Below, in pieces: positions 1 through 9,467 of a stretch of 64,000 bases of DNA; within the stretch, counting starts at the first letter, position 1, and every line of letters starts with the position of its first letter. Source of the stretch: a virus (taxonomy: Duplodnaviria > Caudoviricetes). Below the pieces are notes generated by a model. That model saw nothing but the letters and a program-made list of their open reading frames with translations, was not told where the DNA came from and did not search any database. The stretch lies in IMG/VR virus record IMGVR_UViG_3300037722_000435, positions 2,997 to 66,996 of that record, one strand, 5' to 3'. The translations under genes and the position numbers were made by a program.

Positions 1-1
1 A

Positions 2-874
2 GTAGAACCAGGAGATTTGATTACATTACTTATGAATAAAAAAGGATGGTATTCTAAAGTGTATGCTGCGTTATTAGACAAAGACGGAAAACCAGCAGTT
101 GCATCATATACCAAAGAAAAGGCATTTGCTATTTGGACAGAGAGACATTCTTTTGAAACTTTAATGAGAATCAGAGACGAACAAGGTGACGAAATCTTCG
201 AGAGAAATTATCAATGTGATCCAAGAGCAAGTGTTGCTAAGGCGATATACAACGTTAAAGATATTACTTTTGGTTATGATGAAAAGAGAGATTTCACTAG
301 TAAAAATTATGGTGGTTTAGTATTTATGGGGTGTGACTTTGCAATGAGTGAACACAAAGATGCTGATAAAGATGCTTTTGTTGTGGTTGAAAGAATATTA
401 GACACAGTGTATATTAAATATATCGAAGTACCATATCGGGGTGTTGCCATGGAAGAAAAAGTAGATATAATTGAAAAAATAGCTAGAGTTCACCAACCAT
501 ACCAAATACTTTGTGACTCTTCAAACATAGGGAAAGATGTTGTCAAAGCATTAATCGCAAGAGGATTACCCGGAGTAGAGGTTCCATTTGGTCCTGCAAA
601 TAGAAAGAAATTATTATCTACAATGAAGATTGTGATTAGTAATAAAAATTTAGTTATTCCCTACAATAAAGAAAATTATGAAACAATTAAATTTGCAGAA
701 GAGTTAACTCTGCAATTATCTGGATTCAAAGAAGAAAAATCAATGAAAACCAGATTACCTTTATTAGTTAGTACTTCAGCACACGATGACTTAGCGATGG
801 CTCTAGCTTTGGCAATTAGTGGAGCAATGGAGCAAGATGTATCTGGAGGAGGTTTTGCAAGTGGCAATTTTTAA
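2..874 (+). CDS. terL: Terminase large subunit, C-terminal nuclease domain (5'-truncated by the window edge)
   Basis: Frame is open from base 2. Motifs FERNYQCDP, GCDFA and HDDLAMALALA match the terminase RNase H-like domain. Lies upstream of portal and capsid genes. Confidence 0.9.
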   Translation, partial: VEPGDLITLLMNKKGWYSKVYAALLDKDGKPAVASYTKEKAFAIWTERHSFETLMRIRDEQGDEIFERNYQCDPRASVAKAIYNVKDITFGYDEKRDFTSKNYGGLVFMGCDFAMSEHKDADKDAFVVVERILDTVYIKYIEVPYRGVAMEEKVDIIEKIARVHQPYQILCDSSNIGKDVVKALIARGLPGVEVPFGPANRKKLLSTMKIVISNKNLVIPYNKENYETIKFAEELTLQLSGFKEEKSMKTRLPLLVSTSAHDDLAMALALAISGAMEQDVSGGGFASGNF

Positions 875-875
875 A

Positions 876-1055
876 ATGACAATAAAAAATCCACATATAA
901 TTCACTATGTAAAAAATGGAAGGTATTTATGTATTCGTGCTTGTAGTATAACAAAGTCTAAATCAACTAAAAAAACAAATAAAGTAACTTGCAAGAATTG
1001 TCTTGAACAATTGGGTTGGAAAGTAAAAAAATATAGGAATAGAAAAAATGTATAA
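876..1055 (+). CDS. Small basic Cys/His protein, possible Zn finger
   Basis: ATG at 876, just after the terL stop. H..C..C and CKNC motifs. Confidence 0.55.
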   Translation: MTIKNPHIIHYVKNGRYLCIRACSITKSKSTKKTNKVTCKNCLEQLGWKVKKYRNRKNV

Positions 1056-1167
1056 AATAGAAGATATAACTAATAAAATCCTAAATGGAGATGCACTTTT
1101 AGAACTTAGAAAAATCCCAGATGAATCTATTTCTTGCGTGATGACCTCTCCACCATACTGGGCATTA
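1048..1167 (+). pseudogene. N-terminal remnant of a beta-class N4C/N6A DNA methyltransferase
   Basis: ILNGDALLELRKIPDESISCVMTSPPYWAL parallels the start of the intact MTase at 50758-51516. No downstream MTase motifs follow. Confidence 0.75.
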
Positions 1168-1203
1168 GAAATATTTATAAACCAAGAAGGATATACTATT
1201 GTT

Positions 1204-1770
1204 ATGAGGGATAAACGAAATGGTAGATTCTTGAAAGGATATACCTATAGAAAAGAAAAACCATTCTGGAATAAAGAATGGTTATTTATTGAATATATCT
1301 CAAAAGGAAAGTCTGCTCAAGAGATAGCAGATGAAAATAATTGTATAAATAATAATATTTTGTTTTGGTTGAATAAACACAATATTAAAAGAAGAAATAT
1401 ATCTGAATCAAGAAAACTAAAATATTGGGGGCAGAAAGGAGAGGATAATCCAATGTGGAACAAAAAAGGAGAATTGAATCATAATTGGAAGGGAGGAATT
1501 ACACCAGAGAGACAAGGATTCTATCAATCACAGGAATGGAAGGATACTTGTAGATTTGTTTGGAATAGGGATAAAGGAATTTGTCAAAGATGTAAAATTA
1601 AAAACAATGAAGGAGTACCATTTCATATTCACCATATCATCTCATTCAAAAATAAAGAAACAAGATCCAATCCAGATAATTTTATTCTTCTTTGTAAAAT
1701 CTGTCATAACTATGTTCATTCTAAATCAAATAAAAACCGAGAATTTATCGGGGGAGGTGAAAAAATATGA
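1204..1770 (+). CDS. HNH homing endonuclease, in frame with the MTase remnant
   Basis: CQRC...HIHHIISF...NFILLCKICHNYVH. Own TATA box TTTATAAA at 1174-1181, 30 nt before ATG 1204. Confidence 0.85.
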   Translation: MRDKRNGRFLKGYTYRKEKPFWNKEWLFIEYISKGKSAQEIADENNCINNNILFWLNKHNIKRRNISESRKLKYWGQKGEDNPMWNKKGELNHNWKGGITPERQGFYQSQEWKDTCRFVWNRDKGICQRCKIKNNEGVPFHIHHIISFKNKETRSNPDNFILLCKICHNYVHSKSNKNREFIGGGEKI

Positions 1771-1898
1771 AAGTTGGAAAAATTTTAGGATATGATATAG
1801 TTGAAGATAATGAAATCCAAGAAATAAGATTGCCTAAGAAGATAATTGATATGATTGAAAGTAGTTTTACATTCATAGACGCAAAAGAATTTGGATGA
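1767..1898 (+). CDS. 43-aa hypothetical protein
   Basis: ATGA overlap with the HNH stop and a GGAGGTG RBS. Reads MKVGKILGYDIVEDNEIQEIRLP... Confidence 0.5.
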   Translation: MKVGKILGYDIVEDNEIQEIRLPKKIIDMIESSFTFIDAKEFG

Positions 1899-1947
1899 TT
1901 TATTAAAAGCAAAAGAATTAAATACTTTAAATTACATTAATTAATAT

Positions 1948-2217
1948 ATGGCTAGGAAAAAATCATTAAAAACAAAATTTAAGGAATTATTAGAAAGAAA
2001 TAGTCTGAAGAAGTGGCTAATTAGGTTCAAATCAATAGGTTTTTATGGTTTATTCTATGGATTATTAATTAATTATACTTTGTGGGCGGTTTGGAATATT
2101 AAATTTAAATGGTATTCTTTTCCAGCGTATGGAATAATACTATTCTTTTTAAAGTCGGAGTTTATCTACATATTTAGATGGTGTTTTCATAAAATACCTG
2201 GAGTGGAACCAGAATGA
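1948..2217 (+). CDS. Small membrane protein with two hydrophobic segments
   Basis: Hydrophobic FYGLFYGLLINYTLWAVW and AYGIILFFL stretches. Confidence 0.65.
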   Translation: MARKKSLKTKFKELLERNSLKKWLIRFKSIGFYGLFYGLLINYTLWAVWNIKFKWYSFPAYGIILFFLKSEFIYIFRWCFHKIPGVEPE

Positions 2218-2549
2218 GAATGAGTGAAATAGAACGCAGATTTATTGAGATAGAAAAGAGATTAAAAATTATAGAAGAATCTCAGAAGTCTGGTTTCAAC
2301 TCTGAACAAGTTGTCTCAGACATTAATGATAAAAAATCAGATGAATCTGAAATACAACATCCGGATAATACTCTGCTTGGAAAAGAAGAGGGGGCAAGTC
2401 TATCGGCGGATGAACCTCTGGAGACACGAAGTACTATTTGGGAAGAAAAGTTCGCCGATGTAAGCCAATCAGGTATGGATACTCAACCCCATGCAGAGGT
2501 TAAAGTTAAAAAGAAAGGCCGGCCTAAAAAAGAATTAACAAATGATTAA
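2214..2549 (+). CDS. Hypothetical protein with a KKKGRPKK basic tail
   Basis: ATGA-coupled ORF between the membrane protein and the portal. Confidence 0.65.
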   Translation: MRMSEIERRFIEIEKRLKIIEESQKSGFNSEQVVSDINDKKSDESEIQHPDNTLLGKEEGASLSADEPLETRSTIWEEKFADVSQSGMDTQPHAEVKVKKKGRPKKELTND

Positions 2550-5034
2550 GACATTAGCATCTGAATTTAAATCGAATAATCAAGTAAAAGAGTTAGGGAG
2601 CTTCTCATTTGGAAGTTTCAAAGAGGGTGGAATAATTAGACCATTCGCAGATAATGTTGGAAGTAAATTGGGAAGAGTTCCTAAAGAAGAATTAGAAAGA
2701 TTATTTTTTGAGAATGGGATTATTAGAAACTCTGTGAGCAGAATGGTTCAGATGATAGAATCTGCGGGGTATCGTGTTTTATATACTAACCAAAATGAAC
2801 AAAACACATTTGAAGAATTTTTTAAGGATATTGGTATGATTGGTGATGAATGTGACTTTGAAGAAATTTATTTAAAAATTCCCAAAAACCAAATAATCTT
2901 CGGAGCAGGATGGAATGAATTACTCTGGGATGAAAACGAGACAGAAATTCTAGACATGAATAGTCTAGACCCTAAAAAAATGGATTATGCCAGAAATGCT
3001 AAGAAAGAAATAGTATTGGGCAAGGACTTAAAACCTATTGGGTACACGAAAAAGATACCAGAAGGGTATACATTTGGAAAACAAACCAATAAAGACTTAG
3101 GAGATTTCGGTTCACTTCCTAAAGAATTCAGGGGGATGGTAGATTTGGGTTCTGATAAAATCTTCTTGTTGCCAAAAAGAATTGCGTTGATTCGATATGA
3201 AACTGAAGGTGATGGTTTGGAGTTCTGGGGATTAATTGAAACTATTTATAAAGATTCTATAAGAAAAGGTAAATTAGAAGAAGCGGGATTTAATTCTGCA
3301 TTCCAAAGATGGATGAGCCCCCTAATTGCATACGCAGGAGATGATACACATCCACCAACTCCCCAATTAGCAAAGCAAACTCTAGAAACAATGCAGAAGA
3401 TGAAGCATGACTTGTTATCGGTGTATCCTTATTATGTAAAATTAGATACTGTCCAAGGAAACGAAATGGATAGTTATGTTCAGATGTTAAAATCATTTAG
3501 AGAGAACGAAGCCAGCGGTTTACAAACACCGATGCCCTTTGCTATGAGTTCTGGTGAGACTACAAACAGGGCATGTTATTCTGAAGACACCCAAGTATTG
3601 ACAAAGAATGGATGGTTAAATTACAAAGACGTTGGAGATAAAGAAATTGCTATTTACGATAAAGAAAAAGATGAAATAAGATTTGAGAAACATGGTGGAT
3701 TGTACGAATACGATTATGATGGTGAGATGATTAACTTCAAAGGAAAGTCAACGGATATTTTGGTTACTCCTGACCACAAAATGTTATTTAGAAAGAATAG
3801 TCCAAGTAGAAAAGACCTAACTAATAATAAAGAATGGATAGTTGATAAAGCCGAAGATATAGATACTTACTACTATTCATTTAAGAAAAATGCCCGATGG
3901 GATGATAAAGAAAAATATCCTGCGGAATTTTCTGAAATAGTTGTTATACCTTCAATAGATGGTGAAAAAAGATATTCTAAAGAGATTACTATGGGGCAAG
4001 GTTTGTTTAACGAATTTTTAGGATATTTCTTATCTGAAGGAGGAATATCTCACAAAGGAAAGTCTTATACAATTACCTTCGCACAAAAAGAACCAAAAGT
4101 AGAGAAAATGAGAAAATGTTTCAATGAAATGCCATTTCACTTTACCGAATATTTCGATGAAAAAGATCAGATATGGAGATTTAGTGTATCTGATAAAAGA
4201 CTTTGGAACTTCATGAAAAAATTTGGTAATTATTGTAATGACAAACATTTGGGAGACTTTATCTACGATTATAGAGAATATTCACAAAGATTATTTGACG
4301 CCATGATGTTGGGCGATGGTACTTGGGAAAGAGAGAATGAAAAAGGATGCTATTATACTACTAGCGAAAAAATGGCAGGAGATTTTGTTGCCTTGGCAAT
4401 GAGATTGGGTTACTCTGCCAACATCTCCACAGGATATGAAGAAACAGAAATAAGATCTAAAATGTATAGAGTACATTTGATAAAAGATAGGACAGAAATT
4501 ACCCATACACAAAAAAGTATTAGTAAAATAAATTACGATGGGAAAGTTTATTGTTTTAATACATCTACAGGGTTCTTTTTGACTATGAGAAATGGGAAGG
4601 TTGCCATACAGGGTAATACGTTGAACAACCAGCAAGCCATGATGGAGTTCGGACTAAACGCACTAGCAAAATTAAATGCGAGATTAATTACTAAAAAAAT
4701 ATTTATGCCAATAGCATTATCTAAAGGAATGACTACATGGCCAACATTAGTTCCCAATAGAGTGAAAGTAGAAGAGATAGATGATTTAGCCGTTAGATAT
4801 AGCATGTATGTTAGAGACAAAATATTCACTGCAAATGAAGTTAGACAGAAATTAGCAGAGGCGGAAGGATTTATTTTACCTGAACAAAAAATGCCTGAGA
4901 TGGAAAAAGAAGAATCCGAGGAAGAAAATGGCAGTGTGAAAGAAGATGAAGGTTCTGAAAAAGAAAAGGAAGAAGACCTTTATGATAAAACCTATGAGGA
5001 ACCATGGAACAAAATAACAACAGCAATAGCATAA
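2542..5034 (+). CDS. Portal protein containing an intein
   Basis: Position between terL and protease/MCP. About 480 aa after intein removal. Portal-like segments (FGAGWNELLW, MSPLIAYAG, acidic tail). Confidence 0.8.
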   Translation: MIKTLASEFKSNNQVKELGSFSFGSFKEGGIIRPFADNVGSKLGRVPKEELERLFFENGIIRNSVSRMVQMIESAGYRVLYTNQNEQNTFEEFFKDIGMIGDECDFEEIYLKIPKNQIIFGAGWNELLWDENETEILDMNSLDPKKMDYARNAKKEIVLGKDLKPIGYTKKIPEGYTFGKQTNKDLGDFGSLPKEFRGMVDLGSDKIFLLPKRIALIRYETEGDGLEFWGLIETIYKDSIRKGKLEEAGFNSAFQRWMSPLIAYAGDDTHPPTPQLAKQTLETMQKMKHDLLSVYPYYVKLDTVQGNEMDSYVQMLKSFRENEASGLQTPMPFAMSSGETTNRACYSEDTQVLTKNGWLNYKDVGDKEIAIYDKEKDEIRFEKHGGLYEYDYDGEMINFKGKSTDILVTPDHKMLFRKNSPSRKDLTNNKEWIVDKAEDIDTYYYSFKKNARWDDKEKYPAEFSEIVVIPSIDGEKRYSKEITMGQGLFNEFLGYFLSEGGISHKGKSYTITFAQKEPKVEKMRKCFNEMPFHFTEYFDEKDQIWRFSVSDKRLWNFMKKFGNYCNDKHLGDFIYDYREYSQRLFDAMMLGDGTWERENEKGCYYTTSEKMAGDFVALAMRLGYSANISTGYEETEIRSKMYRVHLIKDRTEITHTQKSISKINYDGKVYCFNTSTGFFLTMRNGKVAIQGNTLNNQQAMMEFGLNALAKLNARLITKKIFMPIALSKGMTTWPTLVPNRVKVEEIDDLAVRYSMYVRDKIFTANEVRQKLAEAEGFILPEQKMPEMEKEESEEENGSVKEDEGSEKEKEEDLYDKTYEEPWNKITTAIA
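3574..4617 (+). mobile_element. Intein (348 aa) with a LAGLIDADG-type endonuclease, in the portal
   Basis: Starts RA|CYSEDTQVLTKNGW and ends GKVAIQGN|T. Contains VTPDHKM (block B) and the endonuclease blocks FLGYFLSEGG and LFDAMMLGDG. Confidence 0.92.
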
Positions 5035-5393
5035 AGGAATTAGCATTTGTAGTACCGAATGAAGTCAGATATGAGAAAGATCCGAAAGAATTAGATAATA
5101 TCCAGTTAGTCAGATGGCACGATTTAATGCATGTGTTTTTCAAAAAGTTAGAAGATGGATTAGGTGAATATGCAGAATTCAGGTGGAACTTTTTTATGGT
5201 GACAGAAAAACATTCCGAGATAGTTCACGAGATGTTAATGAGGGGGATACATCATTATTCTCCTATAAATAATTTAGATAAAATTCAATCCAACTTGATA
5301 GTTAATAATGTGTATGAAAAATCTGAAGTCATATCTAATGAGGTAAAATTATCTTTTGAACCACCTAAAAACATCGAGAAAAAAATAGTATAG
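5004..5393 (+). CDS. Hypothetical His-containing protein in the head module
   Basis: ORF fills the gap between portal and protease. Confidence 0.6.
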   Translation: MEQNNNSNSIKELAFVVPNEVRYEKDPKELDNIQLVRWHDLMHVFFKKLEDGLGEYAEFRWNFFMVTEKHSEIVHEMLMRGIHHYSPINNLDKIQSNLIVNNVYEKSEVISNEVKLSFEPPKNIEKKIV

Positions 5394-5426
5394 ATTACAA
5401 ATTTGTATTTTTATAAAATAGTAAAA

Positions 5427-5455
5427 TTTATATACTTACTATCTTATAATAAACC
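5427..5455 (+). promoter_or_regulatory. Archaeal-type TATA promoter (representative of at least 12 similarly spaced sites)
   Basis: T/A 8-mers 28-31 nt before start codons at 1174, 5427, 8598, 8953, 9439, 17483, 30433, 31517, 40520, 43392, 63928 (+) and 49136, 54278, 57429 (-). Confidence 0.8.
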
Positions 5456-6562
5456 ATGCCTAAAGACATAAGCCTACCTTATTTGGTAAAAGATGTTACT
5501 CTAATGTCCCCTGGAAAGTGGAATGGTTGGGAGTATAAAGTTGAAGATTTGAAAAACGCATTTGTAAATACCGACTGGGCGAGTCCTTATATTAGTTCTC
5601 TATTTCTAGACCATCCAAAGGACCCAAACAACGCAGCTAGTTCATGGATGGGTAAAGTAAAAAATCCTAAACAGTTAAATGATGGTACAATTAAGGGAGA
5701 TTTAGAGTTATGGGATGAGGACTTAGTTTACAAGTTAACAGTGGCAAAGGCAGGTTTTGGTGTGTCACCAAGAGTATTTGGAGATGAAGACACAGCTAAC
5801 CAAGTATTTATGGCTAAATCTTTTGATAATTTTTCTATAGTTTCTAAACCAGCCCAAGACACCGCAGTGTTAAATCTATCAGAAGTTCTCCCAATTCTTG
5901 ATGTGAGAACATTAAGTTCGTCAAATGAAAAAATTAAAGAAGAGATGAAGAAAAAAATGAAAGAAAAGATGGAAGAAGAGGACATGGAATATTCAGATTC
6001 ACCGAAAGGTAAAAAAAAGATGAAAGGAGGCAAAAAAGAAATGAGCGAAGAAGAAACATCGCAAGAAGTTGAGACAACTGAAGAAGACAAGGTAACTGAG
6101 TCTACAGCAGAACTCTCTGATGCGGATGTACTTAACATAATGAATTCTGACCTTGAAGGTTTTAATTCTTATGCTAAGGAAGCAAGAGTTTCCAATCCTA
6201 GTATTTCTCTACAGGTTCTAGCAAAGAACTTTCAATCCCACAAGGAAAGAATGAACTTTGTAGAAGAGCTTTCTGACTCTGAAGCAAATTCTCTAATAAA
6301 GAAATTGTTAGGAAGAATGGGAGTAAGTGAACCAACACAGAAGAATATTATGGTTTCTGACCCTGCTGTATCTGAATTGGCTAAAAAACTTACAAGTCTT
6401 GAGAAATCAATAAAAGACTTGGCAAGTCAGAAGAAAGAAAAAGTACCTGTCTCCAAGACAGCCGTACCACAAACTTCACAGCCAACTGCAAAAAATATGT
6501 TTGCTAGGAACAGCATAAGCGAAGGAACACAGGAACTCGCCAAAATGCTCAGAGGATATTAA
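5456..6562 (+). CDS. Capsid maturation protease fused to a scaffold-like coiled coil
   Basis: LFLDH and GVSP candidate catalytic His/Ser motifs. Charged helical C-terminus. Directly upstream of the MCP. TATA at 5427. Confidence 0.75.
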   Translation: MPKDISLPYLVKDVTLMSPGKWNGWEYKVEDLKNAFVNTDWASPYISSLFLDHPKDPNNAASSWMGKVKNPKQLNDGTIKGDLELWDEDLVYKLTVAKAGFGVSPRVFGDEDTANQVFMAKSFDNFSIVSKPAQDTAVLNLSEVLPILDVRTLSSSNEKIKEEMKKKMKEKMEEEDMEYSDSPKGKKKMKGGKKEMSEEETSQEVETTEEDKVTESTAELSDADVLNIMNSDLEGFNSYAKEARVSNPSISLQVLAKNFQSHKERMNFVEELSDSEANSLIKKLLGRMGVSEPTQKNIMVSDPAVSELAKKLTSLEKSIKDLASQKKEKVPVSKTAVPQTSQPTAKNMFARNSISEGTQELAKMLRGY

Positions 6563-6563
6563 A

Positions 6564-7757
6564 ATGAATATTCAAGAATTTAATCCAAATCAGTTTAGAG
6601 AATTAGCTGCTGCTACAGATACAGCAATGGATGATGTTAAGGGTGCGTCTGTTACCTCTACTGGACTTCAACCAATTAAGTATGTTCAGGAAGTAGTTGA
6701 TGCTGCAAAACAACAGTTTTACTTTGCCAACTTTGTCAGAGAACTAACTGTTGAACCTGGGCAACACCAGATTTCAATTCCAATCAAACAAGTTATGATG
6801 GAAAACTCGCATAGTTTAACAAGTGATATGACTTGGAACTCTGCTGGTGCAAGTACATCAGGAGGTGGTTTGCAAGGAGGTTCTGGAGCTGGAACAGGTC
6901 CTTACGCTAACACAGTAGCAGATATTTCCTTCACAGACTATGACCCATTTACGAGTCGTAGTGCAATTCCATTACCTCATGGTGCTGGATTTACATTTAG
7001 GAGATATATACTACATACGAACATGCTAAACTTGCTTGAACAATCAAAAGAGGATTTGTCATATGCTATTGGAGCAAGAATCGACAAGACAATCGCATTG
7101 GCTTTCGGTTCTAATGATAAACTGACTTTTGCACAGGTAAACACACGAGGAGCAACACAACTTTATGGTGGTGATGCACTTGGAGATGACGACCTAACTA
7201 CTGGAGATGTCTTTACGACAGACTTAATTGCAGATGCTTCAAGATACTTAAAGGGTATTGACCTATGGTACAGAGATGGTACTGTTGGAAGAGAGGGAAC
7301 ACTAACTCTCGATTCAGACACATTCAAGAACGGTTGGATGCCAACACCTGATGACCCATTTGTACTTTTCATTGGTGTAGCCCAAGAAGCAACACTTAGA
7401 AAAGACTCTCAGTTTGTTAACGCAAGTGAGTATGGTTCTGATACTGTTGTCCAAAACGGAGAAATAGGTAAATATCTTGATACTAGAATAGTAGTTACTA
7501 ATCATGTAGAACAAGTCGCTGCAAGCGGAACTGGTCCTGACAATACAACTGTCGCGGCTGGATTGGCTGGTGGGATGACTAGATGTGTTATGATGAAAGG
7601 TAAACAGGCATTGGCTCTTGTTTGGGGTAAACAACCTGAAATAAGAGTAGTTGACTGGGCTATCTCGGATCAGATGTTAGTTATCTTGTGGGCATACTAC
7701 GACGTAGTTGTCTTGCATAGTGATGCTGTTGTTTGTATTGACGTAGCAAATAACTAA
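6564..7757 (+). CDS. Major capsid protein (HK97 fold)
   Basis: 397 aa, after the protease. GEIGKYLDTRIVVTN and YYDVVVLHSDAVV are typical HK97-fold segments. Followed by an oligo-T tract. Confidence 0.88.
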   Translation: MNIQEFNPNQFRELAAATDTAMDDVKGASVTSTGLQPIKYVQEVVDAAKQQFYFANFVRELTVEPGQHQISIPIKQVMMENSHSLTSDMTWNSAGASTSGGGLQGGSGAGTGPYANTVADISFTDYDPFTSRSAIPLPHGAGFTFRRYILHTNMLNLLEQSKEDLSYAIGARIDKTIALAFGSNDKLTFAQVNTRGATQLYGGDALGDDDLTTGDVFTTDLIADASRYLKGIDLWYRDGTVGREGTLTLDSDTFKNGWMPTPDDPFVLFIGVAQEATLRKDSQFVNASEYGSDTVVQNGEIGKYLDTRIVVTNHVEQVAASGTGPDNTTVAAGLAGGMTRCVMMKGKQALALVWGKQPEIRVVDWAISDQMLVILWAYYDVVVLHSDAVVCIDVANN

Positions 7758-7810
7758 GAACAAATTTATTTTTTTTATTTTTCTTCATTTATTATTTTGA
7801 AGAAAATCAT

Positions 7811-7898
7811 ACTCATAGAACTGAGGTTCAAAGAGATAGGAAGTCCCGTACTAAACGGTGAGTCGCCGAAAGGTTGAGTTCCTATTAATTCTGACTCA
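7811..7898 (+). ncRNA. Candidate structured leader RNA (three-way junction with a GAAA tetraloop)
   Basis: ATAGGAA(7836-42) pairs with TTCCTAT(7879-85), enclosing CCGT-ACTAA-ACGG and GCC-GAAA-GGT hairpins. Confidence 0.4.
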
Positions 7899-7932
7899 AA
7901 TTTAGAAACATTGTAAGGAGGAAAAGAAAATA

Positions 7933-8556
7933 ATGGCAAACAGAAAATGGGGATTTCACAGTGGAAAAGGAATAATGAGACAAATCGAAGTTGGAGATGG
8001 AACTACTAATCCAATCGACTTACCATTAACCAAGAAACACTTTGCAATCTATACCGTAAGTAATACCACGAATGCATCTACAAGCTATGAGCCGGGTTTG
8101 TTCTACACTACAATGAGTGGTGCTGGACAAGTCGGTGGAAGATATAGATTCTTCATGACGACAAACGTGGCACTGGGTGGATGGTCAAATGCTCTAAAGG
8201 CGGAAGTAACTTATGGGGCAAGTGGGAGTACAACTGGACTTGGTTCTGCATTTGTAGCTGAAATGACTTTGTCTGCAGGTACAAGTTCTGGAACTTATGC
8301 ACCAGTCGAAGTAGAATTGAATCTTGGGGCAAGTGCGTCTACAGGAACAGCAACATCTTTGTTCTACTGTTCTGTAAATGGGACAGCAGCAGATACATTC
8401 CAAGATAATGGTTATTTGTTTAATCTACAAGGATTAGGTTCTGCAACAACTGGAGAGATATTCCAAGCAAATACTGCTGCAGATGCTACACATGCATTGA
8501 AGATATTGATAGGTGCAACACCCTACTACATAATGCTTACTAATCAAGGAGCATAA
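7933..8556 (+). CDS. Gly/Ser/Thr-rich beta protein, probable capsid decoration or fibre
   Basis: First gene after the MCP. GGAGG RBS. Composition is typical of structural proteins. Confidence 0.55.
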   Translation: MANRKWGFHSGKGIMRQIEVGDGTTNPIDLPLTKKHFAIYTVSNTTNASTSYEPGLFYTTMSGAGQVGGRYRFFMTTNVALGGWSNALKAEVTYGASGSTTGLGSAFVAEMTLSAGTSSGTYAPVEVELNLGASASTGTATSLFYCSVNGTAADTFQDNGYLFNLQGLGSATTGEIFQANTAADATHALKILIGATPYYIMLTNQGA

Positions 8557-8626
8557 GTAGATATTTTATTTTTTTATTTTTTTATTTTTTGAAAAGATTT
8601 AAATAGTTGGGCAAGTAGTATATCTT

Positions 8627-8947
8627 ATGAGGAAAATTCAGATTAAAAAATGGAAATCTAAGATAGATGAAAAGAATGAAGTAGAGGAAGACTTACTAAG
8701 TGTATTTAATGTTTTACTGGGTAATAAAAAACCTGAAGAGATACCAAAGGGTATTGATAAAATGCGACTCTTTAACCGTATTAGAAAAGCATTTGACAGA
8801 GCTGACGAAACTGGAGAACTTGTTTTAGAAGAGGCCGAGTACGAATTTTTAAAGAAATCTATTGAGAACGACATTCCAAGTACATGGGGAATGAATGATA
8901 AAATATTTCAGGCAGTAGATGAATTTCTTAACCTAAAATCAGAATAG
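8627..8947 (+). CDS. Hypothetical protein
   Basis: TATA TTTAAATA at 8598, 29 nt before ATG. Confidence 0.7.
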   Translation: MRKIQIKKWKSKIDEKNEVEEDLLSVFNVLLGNKKPEEIPKGIDKMRLFNRIRKAFDRADETGELVLEEAEYEFLKKSIENDIPSTWGMNDKIFQAVDEFLNLKSE

Positions 8948-8980
8948 AAACTTTTATAAACTTAAAAGATATGTAATTTT

Positions 8981-9211
8981 ATGACAGAAATAAATTATGA
9001 GCAATTAAGGGCTAAGAAATTACTTGGTGAATCAGAAGAAAAGTTTGAAGACGAAAGTTTAGATAAAGGATTAGTTGCGGGGGATATACCTACAGTTGAT
9101 ATGGATTTAAACAACGATGGGGTGTTTGATGAGAAAGATAAGTCTATTGCTGGCAAGGTTTTGAGGGCTAAGAAACTGAAGAAAGCTAAATCTACTAAAG
9201 GAAAGAAGTAA
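8981..9211 (+). CDS. Small protein with a Ca-binding-like loop (DLNNDGVFDEKD)
   Basis: DxNxDG motif. TATA at 8953. Confidence 0.6.
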   Translation: MTEINYEQLRAKKLLGESEEKFEDESLDKGLVAGDIPTVDMDLNNDGVFDEKDKSIAGKVLRAKKLKKAKSTKGKK

Positions 9212-9430
9212 ATGGCAGTTACAGTCACAGTTTCAACAAAGGGTGGTTTTAAGGTATTTAGTTCTGTAAATGCTACACTATCTACTGCAATTGCTGAAGT
9301 AATCAACGAAGTAGAAGACCAAAAATTAAGTGGAAGAAAAGTTCAATTTAACACTACTTTTGACGACACTGGACAAGAATATATTGTTTTGGCTTATGTA
9401 TCTACTGGTTCTGGAACTGCTAATGCTTAA
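9212..9430 (+). CDS. Small hypothetical structural protein
   Basis: Abuts the previous stop codon in the head-neck module. Confidence 0.6.
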   Translation: MAVTVTVSTKGGFKVFSSVNATLSTAIAEVINEVEDQKLSGRKVQFNTTFDDTGQEYIVLAYVSTGSGTANA

Positions 9431-9467
9431 TAGTAAAGTATAAAAACTTATTTATTCTCTTATTTGA

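Noticed and set aside
7811-7898. Hammerhead ribozyme or c-di-GMP riboswitch
   Set aside because: No CUGANGA core, and the riboswitch consensus is not matched. Kept only as an unassigned structure.
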